DNA of 64,000 nt, from assembly GCA_964057225.1 (NCBI GenBank), contig CAXKVF010000091.1, positions 1 through 64,000 on the forward strand, in the 5' to 3' direction. Position 1 is the first letter of the stretch. Each line of letters opens with the position of its first letter. Origin of the DNA: Auanema rhodensis (Eukaryota > Animalia > Nematoda). A program made the translations under genes and the position numbers. The notes beneath the pieces were generated by a model. That model did no database searches. It was given only the letters and a program-made list of their open reading frames with translations, and was not told the DNA's origin. This document shows, in pieces, positions 36,201 through 51,200 of this stretch.

Positions 36201-39200
36201 GTGATATGCACTTGGTATGTAACTCGCTTCACGTGAAAGATAAAGAGATGCGGTTTTCAAAATTAGATCCCCCATGTCCATATTAGTCTAAAAACAAATT
36301 TTTATTGATATTGGTGCATGGTAACCATGACTTTGAAATTTACGTGAACTTTAATTTATGCTAATTAAATGTACACGTGATGTGCACTTGGTATGTAACT
36401 CGCTTCACGTGAAAGATAAAGAGATGCGGTTTTCAAAATTAGATTCCCCATGTCCATATCAGTCTAAAAACAAATTTTTATTGATATTGGTGCATGGTAA
36501 CCATGACTTTGAAATTTACGTGAACTTTAATTTATGCTAATTAAATGTACACGTGATGTGCACTTGGTATGTAACTCGCTTCACGTGAAAGATAAAGAGA
36601 TGCGGTTTTCAAAATTAGATTCCCCATGTCCATATTAGTCTAAAAACAAATTTTTATTGATATTGGTGCATGGTAACCATGACTTTGAAATTTACGTGAA
36701 CTTTAATTTATGCTAATTAAATGTACACGTGATGTGCACTTGGTATGTAACTCGCTTCACGTGAAAGATAAAGAGATGCGGTTTTCAAAATTAGATTCCC
36801 CATGTCCATATTAGTCTAAAAACAAATTTTTATTGATATTGGTGCATGGTAACCATGACTTTGAAATTTACGTGAACTTTAATTTATGCTAATTAAATGT
36901 ACACGTGATGTGCACTTGGTATGTAACTCGCTTCACGTGAAAGATAAAGAGATGCGGTTTTCAAAATTAGATTCCCCATGTCCATATTAGTCTAAAAACA
37001 AATTTTTATTGATATTGGTGCATGGTAACCATGACTTTGAAATTTACGTGAACTTTAATTTATGCTAATTAAATGTACACGTGATGTGCACTTGGTATAT
37101 AACTCGCTTCACGTGAAAGATAAAGAGATGCGGTTTTCAAAATTAGATTCCCCATGTCCATATTAGTCTAAAAACAAATTTTTATTGATATTGCTTCATG
37201 GTAACCATGACTTTGAAATTTACGTGAACTTTAATTTATGCTAATTAAATGTACACGTGATGTGCACTTGGTATGTAACTCGCTTCACGTGAAAGATAAA
37301 GAGATGCGGTTTTCAAAATTAGATTCCCCATGTCCATATTAGTCTAAAAACAAATTTTTATTGATATTGGTGCATGGTAACCATGACTTTGAAATTTACG
37401 TGAACTTTAATTTATGCTAATTAAATGTACACTTGATGTGCACTTGGTATGTAACTCGCTTCACGTGAAAGATGAAGAGATGCGGTTTTCAAAATTAGAT
37501 TCCCCATGTCCATATTAGTCCAAAAACAAATTTTTATTGATATTGGTGCATGGTAACCATGACTTTGAAATTTACGTGAACTTTAATTTATGCTAATTAA
37601 ATGTACACGTGATGTGCACTTGGTATGTAACTCGCTTCACGTGAAAGATGAAGAGATGCGGTTTTCAAAATTAGATTCCCCATGTCCATATTAGTCTAAA
37701 AACAAATTTTTATTGATATTGGTGCATGGTAACCATGACTTTGAAATTTACGTGAACTTTAATTTATGCTAATTAAATGTACACGTGATGTGCACTTGGT
37801 ATGTAACTCGCTCCACGTGAAAGATAAAGAGATGCGGTTTTCAAAATTAGATTCCCCATGTCCATATTAGTCTAAAAACAAATTTTTATTGATATTGGTT
37901 CATGGTAACCATGACTTTGAAATTTACGTGAACTTTAATTTATGCTAATTAAATGTACACGTGATGTGCACTTGGTATGTAACTCGCTTCACGTGAAAGA
38001 TAAAGAGATGCGGTTTTCAAAATTAGATTCCCCATGTCCATATTAGTCTAAAAACAAATTTTTATTGATATTGGTTCATGGTAACCATGACTTTGAAATT
38101 TACGTGAACTTTAATTTATGCTAATTAAATGTACACGTGATATGCACTTGGTATGTAACTCGCTTCACGTGAAAGATAAAGAGATGCGGTTTTCAAAATT
38201 AGATCCCCCATGTCCATATTAGTCTAAAAACAAATTTTTATTGATATTGGTGCATGGTAACCATGACTTTGAAATTTACGTGAACTTTAATTTATGCTAA
38301 TTAAATGTACACGTGATGTGCACTTGGTATGTAACTCGCTTCACGTGAAAGATAAAGAGATGCGGTTTTCAAAATTAGATTCCCCATGTCCATATTAGTC
38401 TAAAAACAAATTTTTATTGATATTGCTTCATGGTAACCATGACTTTGAAATTTACGTGAACTTTAATTTATGCTAATTAAATGTACACGTGATGTGCACT
38501 TGGTATGTAACTCGCTTCACGTGAAAGATAAAGAGATGCGGTTTTCAAAATTAGATTTCCCATGTCCATATTAGTCTAAAAACAAATTTTTATTGATATT
38601 GGTTCATGGTAACCATGACTTCGAAATTTACGTGAACTTTAATTTATGCTAATTAAATGTACACGTGATGTGCACTTGGTATGTAACTCGCTTCACGTGA
38701 AAGATAAAGAGATGCGGTTTTCAAACTTAGATTCCCCATGTCCATATTAGTCTAAAAGAAATTTTTATTGATATTGCTTCATGGTAACCATGACTTTGAA
38801 ATTTACGTGAACTTTAATTTATGCTAATTAAATGTACACGTGATGTGCACTTGGTATGTAACTCGCTTCACGTGAAAGATAAAGAGATGCGGTTTTAAAA
38901 ATTAGATTCCCCATGTCCATATTAGTCTAAAAACAAATTTTTATTGATATTGGTTCATGGTAACCATGACTTTGAAATTTACGTGAACTTTAATTTATGC
39001 TAATTAAATGTACACGTGATGTGCACTTGGTATGTAACTCGCTTCACGTGAAAGATAAAGAGATGCGGTTTTCAAAATTAGATTCCCCATGTCCATATTA
39101 GTCTAAAAACAAATTTTTATTGATATTGCTTCATGGTAACCATGACTTTGAAATTTACGTGAACTTTAATTTATGCTAATTAAATGTACACGTGATGTGC

Positions 39201-42200
39201 ACTTGGTATGTAACTCGCTTCACGTGAAAGATAAAGAGATGCGGTTTTCAAAATTAGATTCCCCATGTCCATATTAGTCTAAAAACAAATTTTTATTGAT
39301 ATTGGTGCATGGTAACCATGACTTTGAAATTTACGTGAACTTTAATTTATGCCAATTAAATGTACACTTGATGTGCACTTGGTATGTAACTCGCTTCACG
39401 TGAAAGATGAAGAGATGCGGTTTTCAAAATTAGATTCCCCATGTCCATATTAGTCCAAAAACAAATTTTTATTGATATTGGTGCATGGTAACCATGACTT
39501 TGAAATTTACGTGAACTTTAATTTATGCTAATTAAATGTACACGTGATGTGCACTTGGTATGTAACTCGCTTCACGTGAAAGATAAGGAGATGCGGTTTT
39601 CAAAATTAGATTCCTCATGTCCATATTAGTCTAAAAACAAATTTTTATTGATATTGGTGCATGGTAACCATGACTTTGAAATTTACGTGAACTTTAATTT
39701 TTGCTAATTAAATGTACACGTGATGTGCACTTGGTATGTAACTCGCTTCACGTGAACGATAAAGAGATGCGGTTTTCAAAATTAGATTCCCCATGTCCAT
39801 ATTAGTCTAAAAACAAATTTTTATTGATATTGGTGCATGGTAACCATGACTTTGAAATTTACGTGAACTTTAATTTATGCTAATTAAATGTACACGTGAT
39901 GTGCACTTGGTATGTAACTCGCTTCACGTGAAAGATAAAGAGATGCGGTTTTCAAAATTAGATTCCCCATGTCCATATTAGTCTAAAAACAAATTTTTAT
40001 TGATTTGGTGCATGGTAACCATGACTTTGAAATTTACGTGAACTTTAATTTATGCTAATTAAATGTACACGTGATGTGCACTTGGTATGTAACTCGCTTC
40101 ACGTGAAAGATAAAGAGATGCGGTTTTCAAAATTAGATTCCCCATGTCCATATTAGTCTAAAAACAAATTTTTATTGATATTGGTGCATGGTAACCATGA
40201 CTTTGAAATTTACGTGAACTTTAATTTATGCTAATTAAATGTACACTTGATGTGCACTTGGTATGTAACTCGCTTCACGTGAAAGATAAAGAGATGCGGT
40301 TTTCAAAATTAGATTCCCCATGTCCATATTAGTCTAAAAACAAATTTTTATTGATATTGGTGCATGGTAACCATGACTTTGAAATTTACGTGAACTTTAA
40401 TTTATGCTAATTAAATGTACACTTGATGTGCACTTGGTATGTAACTCGCTTCACGTGAAAGATAAAGAGATGCGGTTTTCAAAATTAGATTCCCCATGTC
40501 CATATTAGTCTAAAAACAAATTTTTATTGATATTGGTTCATGGTAACCATGACTTTGAAATTTACGTGAACTTTAATTTATGCTAATTAAATGTACACTT
40601 GATGTGCACTTGGTATGTAACTCGCTTCACGTGAAAGATGAAGAGATGCGGTTTTCAAAATTAGATTCCCCATGTCCATATTAGTCCAAAAACAAATTTT
40701 TATTGATATTGGTGCATGGTAACCATGACTTTGAAATTTACGTGAACTTTAATTTATGCTAATTAAATGTACACGTGATGTGCACTTGGTATGTAACTCG
40801 CTTCACGTGAAAGATAAGGAGATGCGGTTTTCAAAATTAGATTCCTCATGTCCATATTAGTCTAAAAACAAATTTTTATTGATATTGGTGCATGGTAACC
40901 ATGCCTTTGAAATTTACGTGAACTTTAATTTATGCTAATTAAATGTACACGTGATGTGCACTTGGTATGTAGCTCGCTTCACGTGAAAGATAAAGAGATG
41001 CGGTTTTCAAAATTAGATTCCCCATGTCCATATTAGTCTAAAAACAAATTTTTATTGATTTGGTGCATGGTGACCATGACTTTGAAATTTACGTGAACTT
41101 TAATTTATGCTAATTAAATGTACACGTGATGTGCACTTGGTATGTAGCTCGCTTCACGTGAAAGATAAAGAGATGCGGTTTTCAAAATTAGATTCCCCAT
41201 GTCCATATTAGTCTAAAAACAAATTTTTATTGATTTGGTGCATGGTGACCATGACTTTGAAATTTACGTGAACTTTAATTTATGCTAATTAAATGTACAC
41301 GTGATGTGCACTTGGTATGTAACTCGCTTCACGTGAAAGATAAAGAGATGCGGTTTTCAAAATTAGATTCCCCATGTCCATATTAGTCTAAAAACAAATT
41401 TTTATTGATATTGGTTCATGGTAACCATGACTTCGAAATTTACGTGAACTTTAATTTATGCTAATTAAATGTACACGTGATGTGCACTTGGTATGTAACT
41501 CGCTTCACGTGAAAGATAAAGAGATGCGGTTTTCAAAATTAGATTCCCCATGTCCATATTAGTCTAAAAACAAATTTTTATTGATATTGCTTCATGGTAA
41601 CCATGACTTTGAAATTTACGTGAACTTTAATTTATGCTAATTAAATGTACACGTGATGTGCACTTGGTATGTAACTCGCTTCACGTGAAAGATAAAGAGA
41701 TGCGGTTTTCAAAATTAGATTCCCCATGTCCATATTAGTCTAAAAACAAATTTTTATTGATATTGCTTCATGGTAACCATGACTTTGAAATTTACGTGAA
41801 CTTTAATTTATGCTAATTAAATGTACACGTGATGTGCACTTGGTATGTAACTCGCTTCACGTGAAAGATAAAGAGATGCGGTTTTCAAAATTAGATTCCT
41901 CATGTCCATATTAGTCTAAAAACAAATTTTTATTGATATTGGTGCATGGTAACCATGACTTTGAAATTTACGTGAACTTTAATTTATGCTAATTGAATGT
42001 ACACGTGATGTGCACTTGGTATGTAACTCGCTTCACGTGAAAGATAAAGAGATGCGGTTTTCAAAATTAGATTCCTCATGTCCATATTAGTCTAAAAACA
42101 AATTTTTATTGATATTGGTGCATGGTAACCATGACTTTGAAATTTACGTGAACTTTAATTTATGCTAATTAAATGTACACGTGATGTGCACTTGGTATGT

Positions 42201-45200
42201 AACTCGCTTCACGTGAAAGATAAAGAGATGCGGTTTTCAAAATTAGATTCCCCATGTCCATATTAGTCTAAAAACAAATTTTCATTGATATTGGTTCATG
42301 GTAACCATGACTTTGAAATTTACGTGAACTTTAATTTATGCTAATTAAATGTACACGTGATGTGCACTTGGTATGTAACTCGCTTCACGTGAAAGATAAA
42401 GAGATGCGGTTTTCAAAATTAGATTCCCCATGTCAATATTAGTCTAAAAACAAATTTTTATTGATATTGGTGCATGGTAACCATGACTTTGAAATTTACG
42501 TGAACTTTAATTTATGCTAATTAAATGTACACGTGATGTGCACTTGGTATGTAACTCGCTTCACGTGAAAGATAAAGAGATGCGGTTTTCAAAATTAGAT
42601 TCCCCATGTCCATATTAGTCTAAAAACAAATTTTTATTGATATTGGTGCATGGTAACCATGACTTTGAAATTTACGTGAACTTTAATTTATGCTAATTAA
42701 ATGTACACGTGATGTGCACTTGGTATGTAACTCGCTTCACGTGAAAGATAAAGAGATGCGGTTTTCAAAATTAGATTCCTCATGTCCATATTAGTCTAAA
42801 AACAAATTTTTATTGATATTGGTTCATGGTAACCATGACTTTGAAATTTACGTGAACTTTAATTTATGCTAATTAAATGTACACGTGATGTGCACTTGGT
42901 ATGTAACTCGCTTCACGTGAAAGATAAAGAGATGCGGTTTTCAAAATTAGATTCCCCATGTCCATATTAGTCTAAAAACAAATTTTTATTGATATTGCTT
43001 CATGGTAACCATGACTTTGAAATTTACGTGAACTTTAATTTATGCTAATTAAATGTACACGTGATGTGCACTTGGTATGTAACTCGCTTCACGTGAAAGA
43101 TAAAGAGATGCGGTTTTCAAAATTAGATTCCCCATGTCCATATTAGTCTAAAAACAAATTTTTATTGATATTGGTGCATGGTAACCATGACTTTGAAATT
43201 TACGTGAACTTTAATTTATGCTAATTAAATGTACACGTGATGTGCACTTGGTATGTAACTCGCTTCACGTGAAAGATAAAGAGATGCGGTTTTCAAAATT
43301 AGATTCCCCATGTCCATATTAGTCTAAAAACAAATTTTTATTGATATTGGTTCATGGTAACCATGACTTTGAAATTTACGTGAACTTTAATTTATGCTAA
43401 TTAAATGTACACGTGATGTGCACTTGGTATGTAACTCGCTTCACGTGAAAGATAAAGAGATGCGGTTTTCAAAATTAGATTCCCCATGTCCATATTAGTC
43501 TAAAAACAAATTTTTATTGATATTGCTTCATGGTAACCATGACTTTGAAATTTACGTGAACTTTAATTTATGCTAATTAAATGTACACGTGATGTGCACT
43601 TGGTATGTAACTCGCTTCACGTGAAAGATAAAGAGATGCGGTTTTCAAAATTAGATTCCCCATGTCCATATTAGTCTAAAAACAAATTTTTATTGATATT
43701 GGTGCATGGTAACCATGACTTTGAAATTTACGTGAACTTTAATTTATGCTAATTAAATGTACACGTGATGTGCACTTGGTATGTAACTCGCTTCACGTGA
43801 AAGATAAAGAGATGCGGTTTTCAAAATTAGATTCCCCATGTCCATATTAGTCTAAAAACAAATTTTTATTGATATTGGTGCATGGTAACCATGACTTTGA
43901 AATTTACGTGAACTTTAATTTATGCTAATTAAATGTACACGTGATGTGCACTTGGTATGTAACTCGCTTCACGTGAAAGATAAAGAGATGCGGTTTTCAA
44001 AATTAGATTCTCCATGTCCATATTAGTCTAAAAACAAATTTTTATTGATATTGGTGCATGGTAACCATGACTTTGAAATTTACGTGAACTTTAATTTATG
44101 CTAATTAAATGTACACGTGATGTGCACTTGGTATGTAACTCGCTTCACGTGAAAGATAAAGAGATGCGGTTTTCAAAATTAGATTCCCCATGTCCATATT
44201 AGTCTAAAAACAAATTTTTATTGATTTGGTGCATGGTAACCATGACTTTGAAATTTACGTGAACTTTAATTTATGCTAATTAAATGTACACGTGATGTGC
44301 ACTTGGTATGTAACTCGCTTCACGTGAAAGATAAAGAGATGCGGTTTTCAAAATTAGATTCCCCATGTCCATATTAGTCTAAAAACAAATTTTTATTGAT
44401 ATTGCTTCATGGTAACCATGACTTTGAAATTTACGTGAACTTTAATTTATGCTAATTAAATGTACACGTGATGTGCACTTGGTATGTAACTCGCTTCACG
44501 TGAAAGATAAAGAGATGCGGTTTTCAAAATTAGATTCCTCATGTCCATATTAGTCTAAAAACAAATTTTTATTGATATTGGTGCATGGTAACCATGACTT
44601 TGAAATTTACGTGAACTTTAATTTATGCTAATTAAATGTACACGTGATGTGCACTTGGTATGTAACTCGCTTCACGTGAAAGATAAAGAGATGCGGTTTT
44701 CAAAATTAGATTCCCCATGTCCATATTAGTCTAAAAACAAATTTTTATTGATATTGGTGCATGGTAACCATGACTTTGAAATTTACGTGAACTTTAATTT
44801 ATGCTAATTAAATGTACACGTGATGTGCACTTGGTATGTAACTCGCTTCACGTGAAAGATAAAGAGATGCGGTTTTCAAAATTAGATTCTCCATGTCCAT
44901 ATTAGTCTAAAAACAAATTTTTATTGATATTGGTGCATGGTAACCATGACTTTGAAATTTACGTGAACTTTAATTTATGCTAATTAAATGTACACGTGAT
45001 GTGCACTTGGTATGTAACTCGCTTCACGTGAAAGATAAAGAGATGCGGTTTTCAAAATTAGATTCCCCATGTCCATATTAGTCTAAAAACAAATTTTTAT
45101 TGATATTGCTTCATGGTAACCATGACTTTGAAATTTACGTGAACTTTAATTTATGCTAATTAAATGTACACGTGATGTGCACTTGGTATGTAACTCGCTT

Positions 45201-48200
45201 CACGTGAAAGATAAAGAGATGCGGTTTTCAAAATTAGATTCCTCATGTCCATATTAGTCTAAAAACAAATTTTTATTGATATTGGTGCATGGTAACCATG
45301 ACTTTGAAATTTACGTGAACTTTAATTTATGCTAATTGAATGTACACGTGATGTGCACTTGGTATGTAACTCGCTTCACGTGAAAGATAAAGAGATGCGG
45401 TTTTCAAAATTAGATTCCTCATGTCCATATTAGTCTAAAAACAAATTTTTATTGATATTGGTGCATGGTAACCATGACTTTGAAATTTACGTGAACTTTA
45501 ATTTATGCTAATTAAATGTACACGTGATGTGCACTTGGTATGTAACTCGCTTCACGTGAAAGATAAAGAGATGCGGTTTTCAAAATTAGATTCCCCATGT
45601 CCATATTAGTCTAAAAACAAATTTTCATTGATATTGGTTCATGGTAACCATGACTTTGAAATTTACGTGAACTTTAATTTATGCTAATTAAATTTACACG
45701 TGATGTGCACTTGGTATGTAACTCGCTTCACGTGAAAGATAAAGAGATGCGGTTTTCAAAATTAGATTCCCCATGTCAATATTAGTCTAAAAACAAATTT
45801 TTATTGATATTGGTGCATGGTAACCATGACTTTGAAATTTACGTGAACTTTAATTTATGCTAATTAAATGTACACGTGATGTGCACTTGGTATGTAACTC
45901 GCTTCACGTGAAAGATAAAGAGATGCGGTTTTCAAAATTAGATTCCCCATGTCCATATTAGTCTAAAAACAAATTTTTATTGATATTGGTGCATGGTAAC
46001 CATGACTTTGAAATTTACGTGAACTTTAATTTATGCTAATTAAATGTACACGTGATGTGCACTTGGTATGTAACTCGCTTCACGTGAAAGATAAAGAGAT
46101 GCGGTTTTCAAAATTAGATTCCCCATGTCCATATTAGTCTAAAAACAAATTTTTATTGATATTGGTGCATGGTAACCATGACTTTGAAATTTACGTGAAC
46201 TTTAATTTATGCTAATTAAATGTACACGTGATGTGCACTTGGTATGTAACTCGCTTCACGTGAAAGATAAAGAGATGCGGTTTTCAAAATTAGATTCCCC
46301 ATGTCCATATTAGTCTAAAAACAAATTTTTATTGATTTGGTGCATGGTAACCATGACTTTGAAATTTACGTGAACTTTAATTTATGCTAATTAAATGTAC
46401 ACGTGATGTGCACTTGGTATGTAACTCGCTTCACGTGAAAGATAAAGAGATGCGGTTTTCAAAATTAGATTCCCCATGTCCATATTAGTCTAAAAACAAA
46501 TTTTTATTGATATTGCTTCATGGTAACCATGACTTTGAAATTTACGTGAACTTTAATTTATGCTAATTAAATGTACACGTGATGTGCACTTGGTATGTAA
46601 CTCGCTTCACGTGAAAGATAAAGAGATGCGGTTTTCAAAATTAGATTCCTCATGTCCATATTAGTCTAAAAACAAATTTTTATTGATATTGGTGCATGGT
46701 AACCATGACTTTGAAATTTACGTGAACTTTAATTTATGCTAATTGAATGTACACGTGATGTGCACTTGGTATGTAACTCGCTTCACGTGAAAGATAAAGA
46801 GATGCGGTTTTCAAAATTAGATTCCCCATGTCCATATTAGTCTAAAAACAAATTTTTATTGATTTGGTGCATGGTAACCATGACTTTGAAATTTACGTGA
46901 ACTTTAATTTATGCTAATTAAATGTACACGTGATGTGCACTTGGTATGTAACTCGCTTCACGTGAAAGATAAAGAGATGCGGTTTTCAAAATTAGATTCC
47001 CCATGTCCATATTAGTCTAAAAACAAATTTTTATTGATTTGGTGCATGGTAACCATGACTTTGAAATTTACGTGAACTTTAATTTATGCTAATTAAATGT
47101 ACACGTGATGTGCACTTGGTATGTAACTCGCTTCACGTGAAAGATAAAGAGATGCGGTTTTCAAAATTAGATTCCCCATGTCCATATTAGTCTAAAAACA
47201 AATTTTTATTGATTTGGTGCATGGTAACCATGACTTTGAAATTTACGTGAACTTTAATTTATGCTAATTAAATGTACACGTGATGTGCACTTGGTATGTA
47301 ACTCGCTTCACGTGAAAGATAAAGAGATGCGGTTTTCAAAATTAGATTCCCCATGTCCATATTAGTCTAAAAACAAATTTTTATTGATATTGGTGCATGG
47401 TAACCATGACTTTGAAATTTACGTGAACTTTAATTTATGCTAATTAAATGTACACGTGATGTGCACTTGGTATGTAACTCGCTTCACGTGAAAGATAAAG
47501 AGATGCGGTTTTCAAAATTAGATTCTTCATGTCCATATTAGTCTAAAAACAAATTTTTATTGATATTGGTGCATGGTAACCATGACTTTGAAATTTACGT
47601 GAACTTTAATTTATGCTAATTAAATGTACACGTGATGTGCACTTGGTATGTAACTCGCTTCACGTGAAAGATAAAGAGATGCGGTTTTCAAAATTAGATT
47701 CCCCATGTCCATATTAGTCTAAAAACAAATTTTTATTGATATTGGTTCATGGTAACCATGACTTTGAAATTTACGTGAACTTTAATTTATGCTAATTAAA
47801 TGTACACGTGATGTGCACTTGGTATGTAACTCGCTTCACGTGAAAGATAAAGAGATGCGGTTTTCAAAATTAGATTCCCCATGTCCATATTAGTCTAAAA
47901 ACAAATTTTTATTGATATTGCTTCATGGTAACCATGACTTTGAAATTTACGTGAACTTTAATTTATGCTAATTAAATGTACACGTGATGTGCACTTGGTA
48001 TGTAACTCGCTTCACGTGAAAGATAAAGAGATGCGGTTTTCAAAATTAGATTCCCCATGTCCACATTAGTCTAAAAACAAATTTTTATTGATATTGGTGC
48101 ATGGTAACCATGACTTTGAAATTTACGTGAACTTTAATTTATGCTAATTAAATGTACACTTGATGTGCACTTGGTATGTAACTCGCTTCACGTGAAAGAT

Positions 48201-51200
48201 GAAGAGATGCGGTTTTCAAAATTAGATTCCCCATGTCCATATTAGTCCAAAAACAAATTTTTATTGATATTGGTGCATGGTAACCATGACTTTGAAATTT
48301 ACGTGAACTTTAATTTATGCTAATTAAATGTACACGTGATGTGCACTTGGTATGTAACTCGCTTCACGTGAAAGATAAGAGATGCGGTTTTCAAAATTAG
48401 ATTCCTCATGTCCATATTAGTCTAAAAACAAATTTTTATTGATATTGGTGCATGGTAACCATGACTTTGAAATTTACGTGAACTTTAATTTATGCTAATT
48501 AAATGTACACGTGATGTGCACTTGGTATGTAACTCGCTTCACGTGAAAGATAAAGAGATGCGGTTTTCAAAATTAGATTCCTCATGTCCATATTAGTCTA
48601 AAAACAAATTTTTATTGATATTGGTGCATGGTAACCATGACTTTGAAATTTACGTGAACTTTAATTTATGCTAATTAAATGTACACGTGATGTGCACTTG
48701 GTATGTAACTCGCTTCACGTGAAAGATAAAGAGATGCGGTTTTCAAAATTAGATTCCCCATGTCCATATTAGTCTAAAAACAAATTTTTATTGATATTGG
48801 TTCATGGTAACCATGACTTTGAAATTTACGTGAACTTTAATTTATGCTAATTAAATGTACACGTGATGTGCACTTGGTATGTAACTCGCTTCACGTGAAA
48901 GATAAAGAGATGCGGTTTTCAAAATTAGATTCCCCATGTCCATATTAGTCTAAAAACAAATTTTTATTGATATTGCTTCATGGTAACCATGACTTTGAAA
49001 TTTACGTGAACTTTAATTTATGCTAATTAAATGTACACGTGATGTGCACTTGGTATGTAACTCGCTTCACGTGAAAGATAAAGAGATGCGGTTTTCAAAA
49101 TTAGATTCCCCATGTCCATATTAGTCTAAAAACAAATTTTTATTGATATTGGTGCATGGTAACCATGACTTTGAAATTTACGTGAACTTTAATTTATGCT
49201 AATTAAATGTACACGTGATGTGCACTTGGTATGTAACTCGCTTCACGTGAAAGATAAAGAGATGCGGTTTTCAAAATTAGATTCCCCATGTCCATCTTAG
49301 TCTAAAAACAAATTTTTATTGATATTGGTGCATGGTAACCATGACTTTGAAATTTACGTGAACTTTAATTTATGCTAATTAAATGTACACTTGATGTGCA
49401 CTTGGTATGTAACTCGCTTCACGTGAAAGATGAAGAGATGCGGTTTTCAAAATTAGATTCCCCATGTCCATATTAGTCTAAAAACAAATTTTTATTGATA
49501 TTGGTGCATGGTAACCATGACTTTGAAATTTACGTGAACTTTAATTTATGCTAATTAAATGTACACGTGATGTGCACTTGGTATGTAACTCGCTTCACGT
49601 GAAAGATAAAGAGATGCGGTTTTCAAAAATTAGATTCCCCATGTCCATATTAGTCTAAAAACAAATTTTTATTGATATTGGTGCATGGTAACCATGACTT
49701 TGAAATTTACGTGAACTTTAATTTATGCTAATTAAATGTACACGTGATGTGCACTTGGTATGTAACTCGCTTCACGTGAAAGATAAAGAGATGCGGTTTT
49801 CAAAATTAGATTCCCCATGTCCATATTAGTCTAAAAACAAATTTTTATTGATATTGGTTCATGGTAACCATGACTTTGAAATTTACGTGAACTTTAATTT
49901 ATGCTAATTAAATGTACACGTGATGTGCACTTGGTATGTAACTCGCTTCACGTGAAAGATAAAGAGATGCGGTTATCAAAATTAGATTCCCCATGTCCAT
50001 ATTAGTCTAAAAACAAATTTTTATTGATATTGGTGCATGGTAACCATGACTTTGAAATTTACGTGAACTTTAATTTATGCTAATTAAATGTACACGTGAT
50101 GTGCACTTGGTATGTAACTCGCTTCACGTGAAAGACAAAGAGATGCGGTTTTCAAAATTAGATTCCCCATGTCCATATTAGTCTAAAAACAAATTTTTAT
50201 TGATATTGCTTCATGGTAACCATGACTTTGAAATTTACGTGAACTTTAATTTATGCTAATTAAATGTACACGTGATGTGCACTTGGTATGTAACTCGCTT
50301 CACGTGAAAGATAAAGAGATGCGGTTTTCAAAATTAGATTCCCCATGTCCATATTAGTCTAAAAACAAATTTTTATTGATTTGGTGCATGGTAACCATGA
50401 CTTTGAAATTTACGTGAACTTTAATTTATGCTAATTAAATGTACACGTGATGTGCTCTTGGTATGTAACTCGCTTCACGTGAAAGATAAAGAGATGCGGT
50501 TTTCAAAATTAGATTCCCCATGTCCATATTAGTCTAAAAACAAATTTTTATTGATATTGCTTCATGGTAACCATGACTTTGAAATTTACGTCAACTTTAA
50601 TTTATGCTAATTAAATGTACACGTGATGTGCACTTGGTATGTAACTCGCTTCACGTGAAAGATGAAGAGATGCGGTTTTCAAAATTAGATTCCCCATGTC
50701 TATATTAGTCTAAAAACAAATTTTTATTGATATTGGTGCATGGTAACCATGACTTTGGAATTTACGTGAACTTTAATTTATGCTAATTAAATGTACACGT
50801 GATGTGCACTTGGTATGTAACTCGCTTCACGTGAAAGATAAAGAGATGCGGTTTTCAAAATTAGATTCCTCATGTCCATATTAGTCTAAAAACAAATTTT
50901 TATTGATATTGGTGCATGTAAACCATGACTTTGAAATTTACGTGAACTTTAATTTATGCTAATTAAATGTACACGTGATGTGCACTTGGTATGTAACTCG
51001 CTTCACGTGAAAGATAAAGAGATGCGGTTTTCAAAATTAGATTCCCCATGTCCATATTAGTCTAAAAACAAATTTTTATTGATATTGCTTCATGGTAACC
51101 ATGACTTTGAAATTTACGTCAACTTTAATTTATGCTAATTAAATGTACACGTGATGTGCACTTGGTATGTAACTCGCTTCACGTGAAAGATGAAGAGATG

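Noticed and set aside
36358-36540. 60-aa ORF within the satellite
   Set aside because: It arises from a single T>C variant at 36460 that removes the TAG in one monomer. It has no recognisable protein features and the 176-bp unit does not preserve frame.
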